DNA from: a virus
Reading direction: 5' to 3' (one strand)
Length of the DNA stretch: 64,000 nt
IMG/VR virus record: IMGVR_UViG_3300050025_000126
Span: 32,001-96,000 of that record
Below are positions 9,723-19,093 of this stretch, piece after piece. Numbering within the stretch: the stretch's first letter is position 1; the number at the start of each line of letters is the position of its first letter. Under the pieces are notes generated by a model. The model made no database searches. It saw only the letters and a list, made by a program, of their open reading frames with translations, and was not told the origin of the DNA. A program made the position numbers and the translations under genes.

Positions 9723-10395
9723 TCAAGACAAAACAAATAAGGCCATAGCCCTTGGTAAGAAATTCTGTCCTGATTACAATGTCAAGCTAAAAAGTTCTAG
9801 CTGGGTACAAAAGGCTATCGGGTGGGTTCTAGGTAAAATTGGTAATAAAGATTACATGAATAGTTACTGTACCACGATGGGTCAAACCACCTACGTGCCC
9901 AATATGGACGGTGACTACTTGTGGGCAACTCTCCTACACGAAATCCAACACGCCAAAGACGCCCAAAAGATTAGTAACACCCTATTCGGTACAGCTTACC
10001 TTATGCCTCAGTTGCTCGGTATCCTGGGTGTCTTCTATACCCTCGTGGTTAGCATTGGCTGCGTGTTTGGCTGGCCTTTGGCGCTTCTATGGGGCTGTAC
10101 CTCTCTTTTATGTCTAGCGCCTCTACCGGCATTTGGGCGGGCCTATATTGAGGTAAGAGGTTATACCGTTTCCTTGGCTGTTTATTTTTGGGCCGGTGTG
10201 TTACAAGACGAACAGGCCTACATCGAATTCCTTGTTAATACTTTTAGTAGCGGGGCTTACTATTTTATGTGGCCGTTTAAATCTTGGGTTCGCTCCTACT
10301 TCCAACAGAAGCTCCAGGAGCTTAAGACCGGGCAGTTTCAATTAGACGCTTATCTGGCAGCGTGTAAGGTCCTGGCCAAAGATTTAGCCAACTAG
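9715..10395 (+). CDS. membrane-associated HExxH zincin-like protein
   Basis: LLHEIQH, hydrophobic hairpin, downstream E.RGY. Confidence 0.6.
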   Translation: MTNQDKTNKAIALGKKFCPDYNVKLKSSSWVQKAIGWVLGKIGNKDYMNSYCTTMGQTTYVPNMDGDYLWATLLHEIQHAKDAQKISNTLFGTAYLMPQLLGILGVFYTLVVSIGCVFGWPLALLWGCTSLLCLAPLPAFGRAYIEVRGYTVSLAVYFWAGVLQDEQAYIEFLVNTFSSGAYYFMWPFKSWVRSYFQQKLQELKTGQFQLDAYLAACKVLAKDLAN

Positions 10396-11415
10396 AGCTG
10401 CCTCCTTTACAATTGATTGAACTACCGTATTAATTTCTTTCAGGTTCGGACTACTAGGCAGCAAGGTCTTTTTCAGAGCCAGTTGAATTAGGCTTTCTGC
10501 ATCGCTAGCCCAAGCCTCTATCTTTTCAAAAGGCCAAGAGCCTTCGCGGATTTCAATAAGTTCTTTTGCGTCTGGACGTTTGATGATTAGTGTACCAGTT
10601 TCAAGGCACTCTAGACATTCTCTATAGAGTCTAACCAAATGCATTAAATGCTTGGAGTCATATCCGCATTTCTCTTCCAACAGCTTTCGCTTAGGGTTTC
10701 TGGACTTAGCCCAATTATCGTAAGCTTCCTTTTGACTTACTAGAGCACTGTACCTCTTCTCCTTATACAAAAGCTCTACGAAGTTGGTTTCAAAGCCCAG
10801 GCCCTTGGCGGCTTCTTTGTATAAATCTAGCTGTTGGGTTTTGTCAATAGCCCAGTCGCCAGCCATCATATCCAGGACCTTTGTCACAGAGGCATCTGCT
10901 GCGTGGAGCTTGGGTACCATACTTCTAGCGGGCAGGCCGAATTCTTCGCGGGTGGGAATTTGAAGCACTGGGTTAAGAAGGTAGCCGCGATGCGTCCTGA
11001 TTTTATGGAGTTGGCCCTTTGCGTAACCGGCAAATGTAGCGGCAATTCTCTTAGACAAGAACGAGCGCCTAATGCTCCTAATCCTCTCCCACTGCGGAGT
11101 AGTCAATAGGATATCTGATTCGTCAACAAACAAAAGCTCTAAAATATTAGGATTGTTGTCATACGCCAGCTTGGCGAATTTCAACAAAGAAAACACCTCA
11201 AAATCATAAGGCTCTTTACCTTGAGCCTGGTCGAATTTTTCTACGAAACCAAACACAACCTCGGGCGGCAAAGTGGCTACACCTTTGATATCAACGTCCG
11301 ACCCTTCTATGTTTGTGTTATAGCAGTGACTACCAGCCAAGGTCAAAAAAATAACGTGTTCTTTCAACCATTTTGGATTTTGTGGATATTGAAGTGTGTC
11401 TAGATCTATTTTCAC
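10384..11415 (-). CDS. Pol-beta family nucleotidyltransferase (RlaP/YcgL/NrdC.11-like)
   Basis: GSHCY....SDVDIKGV, NNPNILELLF, GYDSKHLMHLVRL motifs. Confidence 0.85.
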   Translation of the reverse strand: MKIDLDTLQYPQNPKWLKEHVIFLTLAGSHCYNTNIEGSDVDIKGVATLPPEVVFGFVEKFDQAQGKEPYDFEVFSLLKFAKLAYDNNPNILELLFVDESDILLTTPQWERIRSIRRSFLSKRIAATFAGYAKGQLHKIRTHRGYLLNPVLQIPTREEFGLPARSMVPKLHAADASVTKVLDMMAGDWAIDKTQQLDLYKEAAKGLGFETNFVELLYKEKRYSALVSQKEAYDNWAKSRNPKRKLLEEKCGYDSKHLMHLVRLYRECLECLETGTLIIKRPDAKELIEIREGSWPFEKIEAWASDAESLIQLALKKTLLPSSPNLKEINTVVQSIVKEAALVG

Positions 11416-12110
11416 TTAAGCCCCGCTTCTATCTGTCCCCTAGTCTTAGACCTATCCTTGGTCAAAGCCCAGTAAATATCTAATAGGTCGCCAGCGTTTT
11501 CAGGAATATAATGAACGTCTACCGCCTTTAACTGATCTAGGAAGTCCTTATAGTCAGTAAAACCTCGTTTGGTCAAATCAGCCAAGACAGAAATGGTCAT
11601 GTTGGTCGACTCTCTGCGGCCTAAACCAATCTTCTTGACTACCTTGGGAATTCTAATTAAAGAAGACAAAGGATAGTTAGAGCCCGTATAAGATGTAGTT
11701 TGCAAGGCCATATCCCGCTGAAAGCCCTCTGAACAATAAAAAGCTGTCAGGTCGTTCTCAAGGTTCATCCAAACCCCAATTTGGCAATGCGTAAAGTCAA
11801 AGCTGTCAACGAGAGCCCTTAAAGTAGGTTTGAAGTATTTACACAATTGGACCTTCTTGTCATCAATTGTAATTGTAGCGGCATTAAGGTCGTTCTTTTT
11901 GACCCCCAGCACATCGTTAGCCACTAATTCAAATACGGTTTGGGATTGTTGGGTTGGGTAAAGGTCTAAGTCATCGAATTCCTTAAGTAACCCTCCACCA
12001 GCCAAAACGACCGACCTGATGTGCTTGGATAGAAGATAATCCTTAACTGCCCCTCTTACCCTTTGTATCGCTCTTAGTCGGAATTCTTGCTTTAGCTTGT
12101 TGTCCATCAC
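11412..12110 (-). CDS. nucleotidyltransferase (poly(A) polymerase/CCA-adding head-like)
   Basis: LAGG...DDLDLY and FDFTHCQ motifs. Confidence 0.65.
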   Translation of the reverse strand: MMDNKLKQEFRLRAIQRVRGAVKDYLLSKHIRSVVLAGGGLLKEFDDLDLYPTQQSQTVFELVANDVLGVKKNDLNAATITIDDKKVQLCKYFKPTLRALVDSFDFTHCQIGVWMNLENDLTAFYCSEGFQRDMALQTTSYTGSNYPLSSLIRIPKVVKKIGLGRRESTNMTISVLADLTKRGFTDYKDFLDQLKAVDVHYIPENAGDLLDIYWALTKDRSKTRGQIEAGLK

Positions 12111-12364
12111 TTCACAGCCTCAGGTAGGTGCTTCTTCCAAAACTCCGTCATAGCCTGGGCAATCAAAACGCCCACTGTATCCTGCAATTGCTCTGGATAC
12201 TGCATATAAGAAATTCTACCCCAGCCACGAACCCTAAGGGCAGCGTCGGTATCTTTCAATACGCCGTCTGCTACCATATTGTCCTTTGCGTCATAGATAT
12301 ACCCATGAACATATCGGAATGGTGGGTGATACAACGTCAGGGCTACTTTAGTGATTTCGTTCAT
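12107..12364 (-). CDS. hypothetical phage protein
   Basis: PPF.Y..GYIYD...VRGWGRISY pattern; coupled to the next gene. Confidence 0.6.
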   Translation of the reverse strand: MNEITKVALTLYHPPFRYVHGYIYDAKDNMVADGVLKDTDAALRVRGWGRISYMQYPEQLQDTVGVLIAQAMTEFWKKHLPEAVK

Positions 12365-12400
12365 TTCTTGGTTATACCCTTCTTCTCCTAAATAGTCAAC

Positions 12401-12742
12401 TTAAAACGGAGCCTTTTCTACTTCTGGCTCTTTGCCTTTTCGGATGGCCCCGTAGTACCTTTGGTTAATTCCGCCATCTTTACAATTACAATCGTGACAA
12501 AGCAAGGATAATTTACCGTTTCCGTAGTCTTCTTCATATCGCGTCATCCTCATTTGAGGACTTAGCTTCCTAGCCTCGTATTCCTTGCCAAAGGGATGGT
12601 CGAATTCTAAATTTTCGCTGGACCCACACTTTCGGCACTTACCACCTAGCTTTATGATAAGAAACCCACACCTAATATCAAGTCTGGCTTTTGTTTTTAG
12701 CCATTCTTTATGATAGTTGCGTTTTCTTTTGTTTTGCGTCAT
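12401..12742 (-). CDS. HNH endonuclease
   Basis: LGGKCRKCG...LEFDH...LLCHDCN. Confidence 0.75.
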   Translation of the reverse strand: MTQNKRKRNYHKEWLKTKARLDIRCGFLIIKLGGKCRKCGSSENLEFDHPFGKEYEARKLSPQMRMTRYEEDYGNGKLSLLCHDCNCKDGGINQRYYGAIRKGKEPEVEKAPF

Positions 12743-12820
12743 AATTAAGTTCGTCGGTAGAATCTCCTGGTCTCTCCGACACCCGTCTCAGCCCTAGTAG
12801 CCAGGCCTTGGTCTGAAACA

Positions 12821-13198
12821 TTGCAGACATATTATCACATCGGGTTTTTAAGTCAAGAAGTAATCTTAGGGGTAGGAAAGGCGGGTAGCCAAATCATAAT
12901 CCCTTCAGATGAAATTGTGTCCAAAAGCATCGTAGGAAAACTTGGGAACAAGGTCCTATGGGCGGTTTCAACCATTGGAGGACTTTTTCTAGTAGAATCT
13001 AGATCTCCAGACGGGTCCAAAACTGTCTTAGGAGCTGGTTCGCACCGAGGTGTCGCTCGCATGGTGGCTAAAAGACTACAGCCCGATATCGAATGGACGG
13101 TTTTAGAGAAAAACCAAGAAATTGATGAACGCGATGTCGAAGATATTTTACCGTTCTGGATTCAAGTCGTAGAGATGGCCCAAAAGAAACTAAGCTAA
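12821..13198 (+). CDS. hypothetical (probably virion) protein; start uncertain
   Basis: ORF abuts 13199; AATCTT at 12862 suggests a later start. Confidence 0.5.
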   Translation: MQTYYHIGFLSQEVILGVGKAGSQIIIPSDEIVSKSIVGKLGNKVLWAVSTIGGLFLVESRSPDGSKTVLGAGSHRGVARMVAKRLQPDIEWTVLEKNQEIDERDVEDILPFWIQVVEMAQKKLS

Positions 13199-14026
13199 AT
13201 GGAATCTCCTGGTCTAAAGCCTACAGTCAACAGTATTCGTTTCCCTACAGCTACTAGCGTCGCGTTTGACCTACAGGCTTTCAACGATGGTATTGCCGCT
13301 CACGGATTACTTTTTATTCATCTCCGAGCCATGCGTGACCCCGTTGGTTTAATTGATAAATTTGACGCCCGAAGGCCTAATCCTAGTAGTAAGGAAGCTC
13401 TTAATGGATGTATTCATACTCGGGCAGGCATAGTCAGAGCGTTGTGTCTTGGTAACACTAAAGAAACAAAAGCTTCCGATGCAGGACTAACTGACTCGGC
13501 TCAGGCTCAATTCACCCCATTGAGTCAATATGAAGACACAGGTAAAAGAGTGTTCCTGGCCCCTTATGACCGATTGCTATTGCAAGAAGAATCGGTTTTG
13601 GTGACGAGACACGAATTGATAGAAGCTTCCCCCACTGGTATTGACCGTCCAAAATTCCCGGCTGTGGAGATACTAGACTGTATCGACGCTAACAGCATCA
13701 GGTATCACCAGGGTACCGATTTTGAGATTACTCAAGACGGATTAATTGTATGGAAAGATAGAAGGCCTGGACAAGATGTATCCTCTGGGAAAGGAATTGT
13801 TTTTGGAATTAGGTACGTCTATAGACCGTTTTGGATTGTCGCTAGGATGATTCACGAAATTAGAATGGTACAATGCGATAATTTTCTAACTGGCGAACGT
13901 ACCATGGTCCAAGCGCCTCAATCAGCATTGATCTATCGCGAATTCTATTTTGAAAGCGAAGCCGCTGATTCTGGCACTAGAGCGTCAGAAGAAGGCCCTT
14001 CCAACGGGCAAATAACTGCTCAATAG
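13199..14026 (+). CDS. putative neck/head-completion protein
   Basis: Plus-strand virion-type protein with a Y.QG.DF.I..DG.I.W....P motif typical of large-myovirus neck proteins; the call is inference. Confidence 0.45.
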   Translation: MESPGLKPTVNSIRFPTATSVAFDLQAFNDGIAAHGLLFIHLRAMRDPVGLIDKFDARRPNPSSKEALNGCIHTRAGIVRALCLGNTKETKASDAGLTDSAQAQFTPLSQYEDTGKRVFLAPYDRLLLQEESVLVTRHELIEASPTGIDRPKFPAVEILDCIDANSIRYHQGTDFEITQDGLIVWKDRRPGQDVSSGKGIVFGIRYVYRPFWIVARMIHEIRMVQCDNFLTGERTMVQAPQSALIYREFYFESEAADSGTRASEEGPSNGQITAQ

Positions 14027-14054
14027 CAATCTTCCTAAATAGGAGAAATACAAA

Positions 14055-14507
14055 ATGACTGACATCGTAGCCACCGTAGAAAATGCAGTAAAAGCCGCTG
14101 AACCCGTAGTTGTAGCAGAAGCCGCAAAGGTCGAAGCCGCAGTCGCCCCTGTTGTAGCTGTTGTAGAGACTAAAGCTCAAGAAGTCGCCAAGACTCTATC
14201 TGATATGGCTGTAGAAGCTGTTAAGGCCGCTGAAAAAGAACTAGAAGTAGCTAAGGCCAAGGCTGCTACTGTAAAGGCTGACCTGGAAGCTTCCCTAGCT
14301 AAAGAAGCAGACCGCGTTAAATCGGAGCTTGCTAAGATTCAGGCAATTACAGAAGTCAAGAAAGTAGAACAAGCTGTTGCCTCCGTAGCCAAAGAAGTGG
14401 TGGCCGAAGAAGCAACAGTTGTTAAAGGTCATCCTAATCTAGTAGCGCTTGTAATTGCTGTAGTAAGTCTAGCTATTGGTGTTGTCGGTACCTTGATTCT
14501 AAAGTAA
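14055..14507 (+). CDS. Ala/Val/Glu/Lys-rich helical protein with C-terminal TM anchor
   Basis: Low-complexity coiled coil with hydrophobic tail; AATCTT and AGGAG upstream. Confidence 0.65.
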   Translation: MTDIVATVENAVKAAEPVVVAEAAKVEAAVAPVVAVVETKAQEVAKTLSDMAVEAVKAAEKELEVAKAKAATVKADLEASLAKEADRVKSELAKIQAITEVKKVEQAVASVAKEVVAEEATVVKGHPNLVALVIAVVSLAIGVVGTLILK

Positions 14508-15278
14508 TTACGACACCTTGCGGCGGAAGCGTCTCCCCGGAGTGGTGCTACCGGTGCAACTTGGCCAAATAACAGGAATATAACCAACAGAAGCCTTCAC
14601 CTTCTTCCATCCGCGCTTACACGTATAATACTGGTCATTTTCCTTAATAACCTCTGTAGGCTCCAATTCTCGATACTTAGAGGCCTTCTTTGCTGGCTTC
14701 TTTTCAACCACATCTACCAATTCCAACTCATGGTCGGCATACTTAGGCGTATCTCCTCCGACTACCAAAACAAAGTTGCGCCATGATTCTGGGGCGTCTT
14801 TCTCTAGGACCTTAAAGACCTTACCAATTTCGCCCTTGCGTCCTGCGTGAAGAATCTTGACACTTTGACCAACCTTGAACTTGGTTTCAACGGGCTTAAC
14901 AATCTTGCGGCGACACCGACCTGCGTTACAAGCTGACAAGTGTTCTGTTCCCGGCTGCGTACAACCGTGGTCATAGGTATGCCACTCCTTATGGTCGTCT
15001 GTCCACTGATCTCCTTTTTGAATGACGTCGCCCACCTTCAAATAATAGTAATCATTATTGGTAGGGTCTGGGCGGTACCAGTTCCGACAAATCTCTTCAT
15101 CCCGCAGAACGTTATTGCCAACATTCCTAGAAATGACCGGCTCTGACTTGGCATACTTGTAGAGCCAAAGGTCGCCTTCCTTGATAACATCTCCATACTT
15201 AAGGAAGCGTCCTGGGGGCAAAACTTCTCGTACTTGCTCTGTCTTGGTGATTTCGCGGGTCCACACATGTTCGTTCAT
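14508..15278 (-). CDS. multi-module protein: 3 'YRxL-GE-GDE' repeats plus a KOW-like domain
   Basis: Same module as 3796..4998; KFKVGQSVKI...G.IGKV KOW motif; own sigma70 promoter. Confidence 0.75.
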   Translation of the reverse strand: MNEHVWTREITKTEQVREVLPPGRFLKYGDVIKEGDLWLYKYAKSEPVISRNVGNNVLRDEEICRNWYRPDPTNNDYYYLKVGDVIQKGDQWTDDHKEWHTYDHGCTQPGTEHLSACNAGRCRRKIVKPVETKFKVGQSVKILHAGRKGEIGKVFKVLEKDAPESWRNFVLVVGGDTPKYADHELELVDVVEKKPAKKASKYRELEPTEVIKENDQYYTCKRGWKKVKASVGYIPVIWPSCTGSTTPGRRFRRKVS

Positions 15279-15305
15279 TGATATTCTCCTGAGTTGTTAA
15301 AAGTA

Positions 15306-15344
15306 ATAATACCAAAGGTTCGTAGGCGAGTCAACAACAATCTT
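15306..15344. promoter_or_regulatory. bidirectional promoter junction (GTCAACAACAATCTT)
   Basis: Minus TTGACT-17-TATTAT; plus AATCTT 10 nt before ATG 15355. Confidence 0.65.
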
Positions 15345-15354
15345 TTCTTTAAAG

Positions 15355-16107
15355 ATGTTACCGTCATTTTTCAAGGAAATTTTAGGAGAGCAAGGCGCCT
15401 CAGTAATGATGCAATTGGCCAAGACGTCTAAAGAGCTTGGGGCCTATCTTACTCCTCGCATCATAGTTAGCTGGCTTAGGCAATCTGAATATGGGGCTAT
15501 GCCTATTCCCGCTGGTTGCCCTCTTACTTCTTTGACTAAAAACGGATACGGCTATTCTGGCACAAGCAATATCCTAGGTCAAGATTATTCTTTTAAAAAT
15601 TCATCGGAAGAACACATTGCAGCAGTTATTGCAGTTGCGTCAAATCAGAAGATAGAGCCGGTCGAGGTCAAAGATGTCGACCTAGCGAGACTAGCTAAAA
15701 CCATTGACCTATTGTGTAAAATTGCTTTAAAGGCTCCTAACGACCAACACGAACGCACCCAGACCGCCTCTAATATCCAGCCCGAAGAGCCTATCCAACC
15801 AGTCCTAAAGCAACCTGCTCAGAATCAAACCAAGACGCCTGTTAAGAGTAGAATCCCTAAGATAAAGAAGCCGTTAGTTAATATTCAAAAGCCCTTGAAG
15901 GTAACCAAGAGCGAATCGGAGAGTCTTTGTTTGGTGTGTGGCGGCAAGATGTTTCAAAAGGGTATTTTCGTTGGTTGCACTTGTTTTAAGCCGATGGCCA
16001 AGAGCGTGAAGACTTCTGTAAGTGGTGGTGGGTATTTACTTACGTTTGATGATGAGTGGGATATGGACGCACATTTAGCTTTGATTGGAGCTTTGAAACG
16101 TGGATAA
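15355..16107 (+). CDS. hypothetical late protein
   Basis: 250-aa ORF after AATCTT; CxxC/CxC near the C-terminus. Confidence 0.6.
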   Translation: MLPSFFKEILGEQGASVMMQLAKTSKELGAYLTPRIIVSWLRQSEYGAMPIPAGCPLTSLTKNGYGYSGTSNILGQDYSFKNSSEEHIAAVIAVASNQKIEPVEVKDVDLARLAKTIDLLCKIALKAPNDQHERTQTASNIQPEEPIQPVLKQPAQNQTKTPVKSRIPKIKKPLVNIQKPLKVTKSESESLCLVCGGKMFQKGIFVGCTCFKPMAKSVKTSVSGGGYLLTFDDEWDMDAHLALIGALKRG

Positions 16108-16579
16108 CCAAGAAAAACCAAAATGGCGCAACGTATACGAAACTCTTAAACCAGAGGACCACGACCAATTAGAAGCAAATTCTGCCATTAACGAGTTTAG
16201 GGGTGGACTTCCAAAAGAGGAAGCCGAATCCAAAGCACACCAAGACTACCTCAAGAACCACGCTATGGATAGTGCAGCTTTTCACTATATCGGGATGCGC
16301 GCTGCAACAGCCGCTCAACACGAACCAGCCGCCAAAAAACACGGGGCCGCATACTCCTTGGCTATGAAGCACCTCGGTTTAAACCCGCTAGATGCTCCAC
16401 CCAAAGAAATACTAGATCGCGTGAAGGATGTTGAAAAGTCTCCGTATAAATTCTCTCCACATAGTGCAGATGAATTTTTTGTCCCTAAAATGCCACAACT
16501 TCCAGAGCCAACAGAAGAACAAAAAACTCTAGAGCTAGTTGAAAAGCTTAAATCTATGCGAACAAACAGTCCTAAATAA
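16100..16579 (+). CDS. hypothetical late protein
   Basis: Overlaps the upstream stop; GGAG SD. Confidence 0.6.
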   Translation: MDNQEKPKWRNVYETLKPEDHDQLEANSAINEFRGGLPKEEAESKAHQDYLKNHAMDSAAFHYIGMRAATAAQHEPAAKKHGAAYSLAMKHLGLNPLDAPPKEILDRVKDVEKSPYKFSPHSADEFFVPKMPQLPEPTEEQKTLELVEKLKSMRTNSPK

Positions 16580-16584
16580 CACAA

Positions 16585-17565
16585 ATGTCGCTCTCAGAAA
16601 CTCCAACGTTTAAAACATGTCCAGACTGTAAAACAAAGAAGCCAAGTTCCGCCTTTAACAAAAATGGAAACAAGCTTCAAGACTATTGTAAAGACTGTCA
16701 CTCAAAACGTCAAAAAGCCTCACGCGAAAAAAACAGCAATAGAAAGAACATTGTAATACCAGATTTTAAAACATGCTCTAACTGTGGCGTTGAAAAACCG
16801 TCTTCATGTTTTTGTAGGTCTAGGGGCAATAGAAGCGGCCTTGGCTCTTTTTGTAAGGACTGTCAGTCCAAACACCAGAAGCGCTCATACGGGAAGAACA
16901 AAGCTAGAAAGTATATTTTAATCCCAGACTTTAAGACATGTCCGGGATGTAACATAGAGAAACCGGGTTGTGTTTTTGGGCAATCTAGGGGCTCGAAGGA
17001 TGGACTTGGTGTATACTGCAAGGTATGCTCGGCTATTCATAACAGAAAGCGTAGATACGGTGTCACGGAAGAGTGGTACCAGGCAATCTTACTCGCACAA
17101 AATTACTCTTGTGCTATTTGTAAAACCAAGACACCTGGTGGTAAGGGCACTTGGCACACAGACCACAACCATTTAACGGGTGAAGTTCGCGGACTGTTAT
17201 GTAACAACTGTAATTCGGCAATCGGTTGTTTTAAAGATTCTACCTTTTTAATCGATAAAGCAATTAAATATCTAAGCCTTCCTATGTCGGGTATTGTCTA
17301 CAAAAAAGCTTCGGCTAAAAACATAAGTGCCGCATTTTTAAAGGCCCAAAACGGTTTGTGTAAAGTCTGCCTAACTGACCTATCTATAAAGGGCTCTTGT
17401 TTAGACCACTGTCACTTAACTGGAATAGTTAGAGGCTGTCTTTGTAGATTTTGTAATTTAGGGTTAGGGCGTTTTGGGGATTTTGGGGATTCAGCATCAG
17501 TAATGCAAAGTGCTATCGAGTATCTAATTAAGTTTGAATCCCTTAAGGTCGCTCCGAAAGTTTAA
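16585..17565 (+). CDS. endonuclease VII-family (homing) endonuclease with 3 Zn-ribbon repeats and 2 EndoVII domains
   Basis: FKTCxxC..EKP...F...CK.C three times; DHNHLTGEVRGLLCNNCN and DHCHLTGIVRGCLCRFCN. Confidence 0.85.
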   Translation: MSLSETPTFKTCPDCKTKKPSSAFNKNGNKLQDYCKDCHSKRQKASREKNSNRKNIVIPDFKTCSNCGVEKPSSCFCRSRGNRSGLGSFCKDCQSKHQKRSYGKNKARKYILIPDFKTCPGCNIEKPGCVFGQSRGSKDGLGVYCKVCSAIHNRKRRYGVTEEWYQAILLAQNYSCAICKTKTPGGKGTWHTDHNHLTGEVRGLLCNNCNSAIGCFKDSTFLIDKAIKYLSLPMSGIVYKKASAKNISAAFLKAQNGLCKVCLTDLSIKGSCLDHCHLTGIVRGCLCRFCNLGLGRFGDFGDSASVMQSAIEYLIKFESLKVAPKV

Positions 17566-17693
17566 TAACCTCCGCGTACCTCTTAGCTGTCATCTTTTTG
17601 CCCTTAGCTAATCCTAGGGCTAATAGGTGTCGTTCTTGCCGCCTACGACGTTCAAGAGTAGGATTAGAATTCTTGAACCGTGTTCTGGTGCGC

Positions 17694-18674
17694 TTAGACA
17701 TTAGTCTTATCCTTGCTGTACCATTCTGTGCGAGCCTTGACTGCACCATCAAAGGCCTTAAGGCAATTCGCTAGATACTTGGCCAAAATATAATCCGGTG
17801 TGTCACTGCCGTTTTCGAGGGTATACTTCTTAATAAGCAGCTTTAGCTCATGGGTGAAGGTAGTTGACTTTTCTTCTACTTTGGATTCTACTGGCTTGAC
17901 GTCTGGAATTGTGGTCTCCTTCTTTACCACACTAGTAATCTTGCGACGATAACGGTCTCCCCCTTTCCCAAATCCCGAATCTCCTACTTTGGCATTGTAA
18001 GGCGTATAATGTCCTGAGGACCCCATCCAGTCGTCACGACGGTATTCAAACTGGTCTCCTTCAATCAACTTCTCCCCAATGTCCAAATAGCGATGCGTTG
18101 CGTCTTGCATACGAATAGGACGACGAATCTCTCCATTCTTTACCCAACTCTTCCCTACAACCATGCCATGCGCCCCAGGGCTAGTAACGGCTTCCCACAC
18201 GCCCCTATTATTCTTCCACTGGTCAGTAGTCGTAGTCGCTACTTCGCCCTCTGCAAGAATACGATATTCAATCTTTTCAACCGGTTTAGCTACAGGTTCA
18301 GAGGTCTTAACCTCAACAACAGGCTTGGTAACTCGCGGGCGACGGTATTGGGCCTCTAGAATGTCTTTCTTTTCTAGAGCTTCCCCGTAAGACGACACAA
18401 TCTTTTGCCACTCCTTTTGATTCCTACACCGGTATTCGTCACCCTTACGCAGCTTGTCACCAGTGCGTAGCTTGATGTAGGGCGAAAGAGTCTTTGGCAC
18501 AGGACGGCGAAACCGGAATCGCAATACTCCACTGTTTTTCCACTTGTTGGGAGTGTTGATTCCATCTCCGGTCCACTTATTTACATCTTCCCACTTATCC
18601 TTAAATGGGTATGCCCACTGGTCTCCAAGCTTAATGGCTTCGTCTGCTCCTAAAATTCTATACTTTGTCTTCAT
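17694..18674 (-). CDS. multi-module protein: 4 'YRxL-GE-GDE' repeats plus a C-terminal LENGSDTPDYILAKYL helical phage domain
   Basis: Repeats visible in the translation. Confidence 0.75.
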   Translation of the reverse strand: MKTKYRILGADEAIKLGDQWAYPFKDKWEDVNKWTGDGINTPNKWKNSGVLRFRFRRPVPKTLSPYIKLRTGDKLRKGDEYRCRNQKEWQKIVSSYGEALEKKDILEAQYRRPRVTKPVVEVKTSEPVAKPVEKIEYRILAEGEVATTTTDQWKNNRGVWEAVTSPGAHGMVVGKSWVKNGEIRRPIRMQDATHRYLDIGEKLIEGDQFEYRRDDWMGSSGHYTPYNAKVGDSGFGKGGDRYRRKITSVVKKETTIPDVKPVESKVEEKSTTFTHELKLLIKKYTLENGSDTPDYILAKYLANCLKAFDGAVKARTEWYSKDKTNV

Positions 18675-19084
18675 TGTAGCGGTACCTCGTTCCTTGTGTC
18701 TGCTCGTTTGTATTGTTCCGCTATTGAATTACTACATAAATCAACCAGGTCCTTAATGCACTCCGCTGCGGCATATCGAAATGCTGGATAGCTGATTGGT
18801 TTTACCGTTAGCATAATCGCTTGGATTAGCTCATTGATTTTGTCTGTTTCATCCTTGATTACATTTAGAATAGTAGCAGGCCGGGCTTGGTAAGCTTCTC
18901 TAAGCATAGAGATTGCTTGGCTTTTGAAAGTCTCCATACGGGCCTCAACTTTTTCATTCAAGGCTGTCATTAATTCAGTGTAGTCTTCTTCAAACGCCTT
19001 AGCCTTAGCTGCTGTGGGTTCTTCCTGGGCCTTGATATGGCCAGTCATTTTAATGTTTCTACGTTGTTTCTTGTTCAATGCCAT
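18671..19084 (-). CDS. hypothetical protein
   Basis: Helical ORF with ATGA overlap to the next gene. Confidence 0.55.
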   Translation of the reverse strand: MALNKKQRRNIKMTGHIKAQEEPTAAKAKAFEEDYTELMTALNEKVEARMETFKSQAISMLREAYQARPATILNVIKDETDKINELIQAIMLTVKPISYPAFRYAAAECIKDLVDLCSNSIAEQYKRADTRNEVPLQ

Positions 19085-19093
19085 TATTATACC

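Noticed and set aside
12743-12830. GC-rich hairpins upstream of the HNH gene
   Set aside because: Short stems (GTCGG/CCGAC, TCTG/CAGA) are present, but too little to call an ncRNA.
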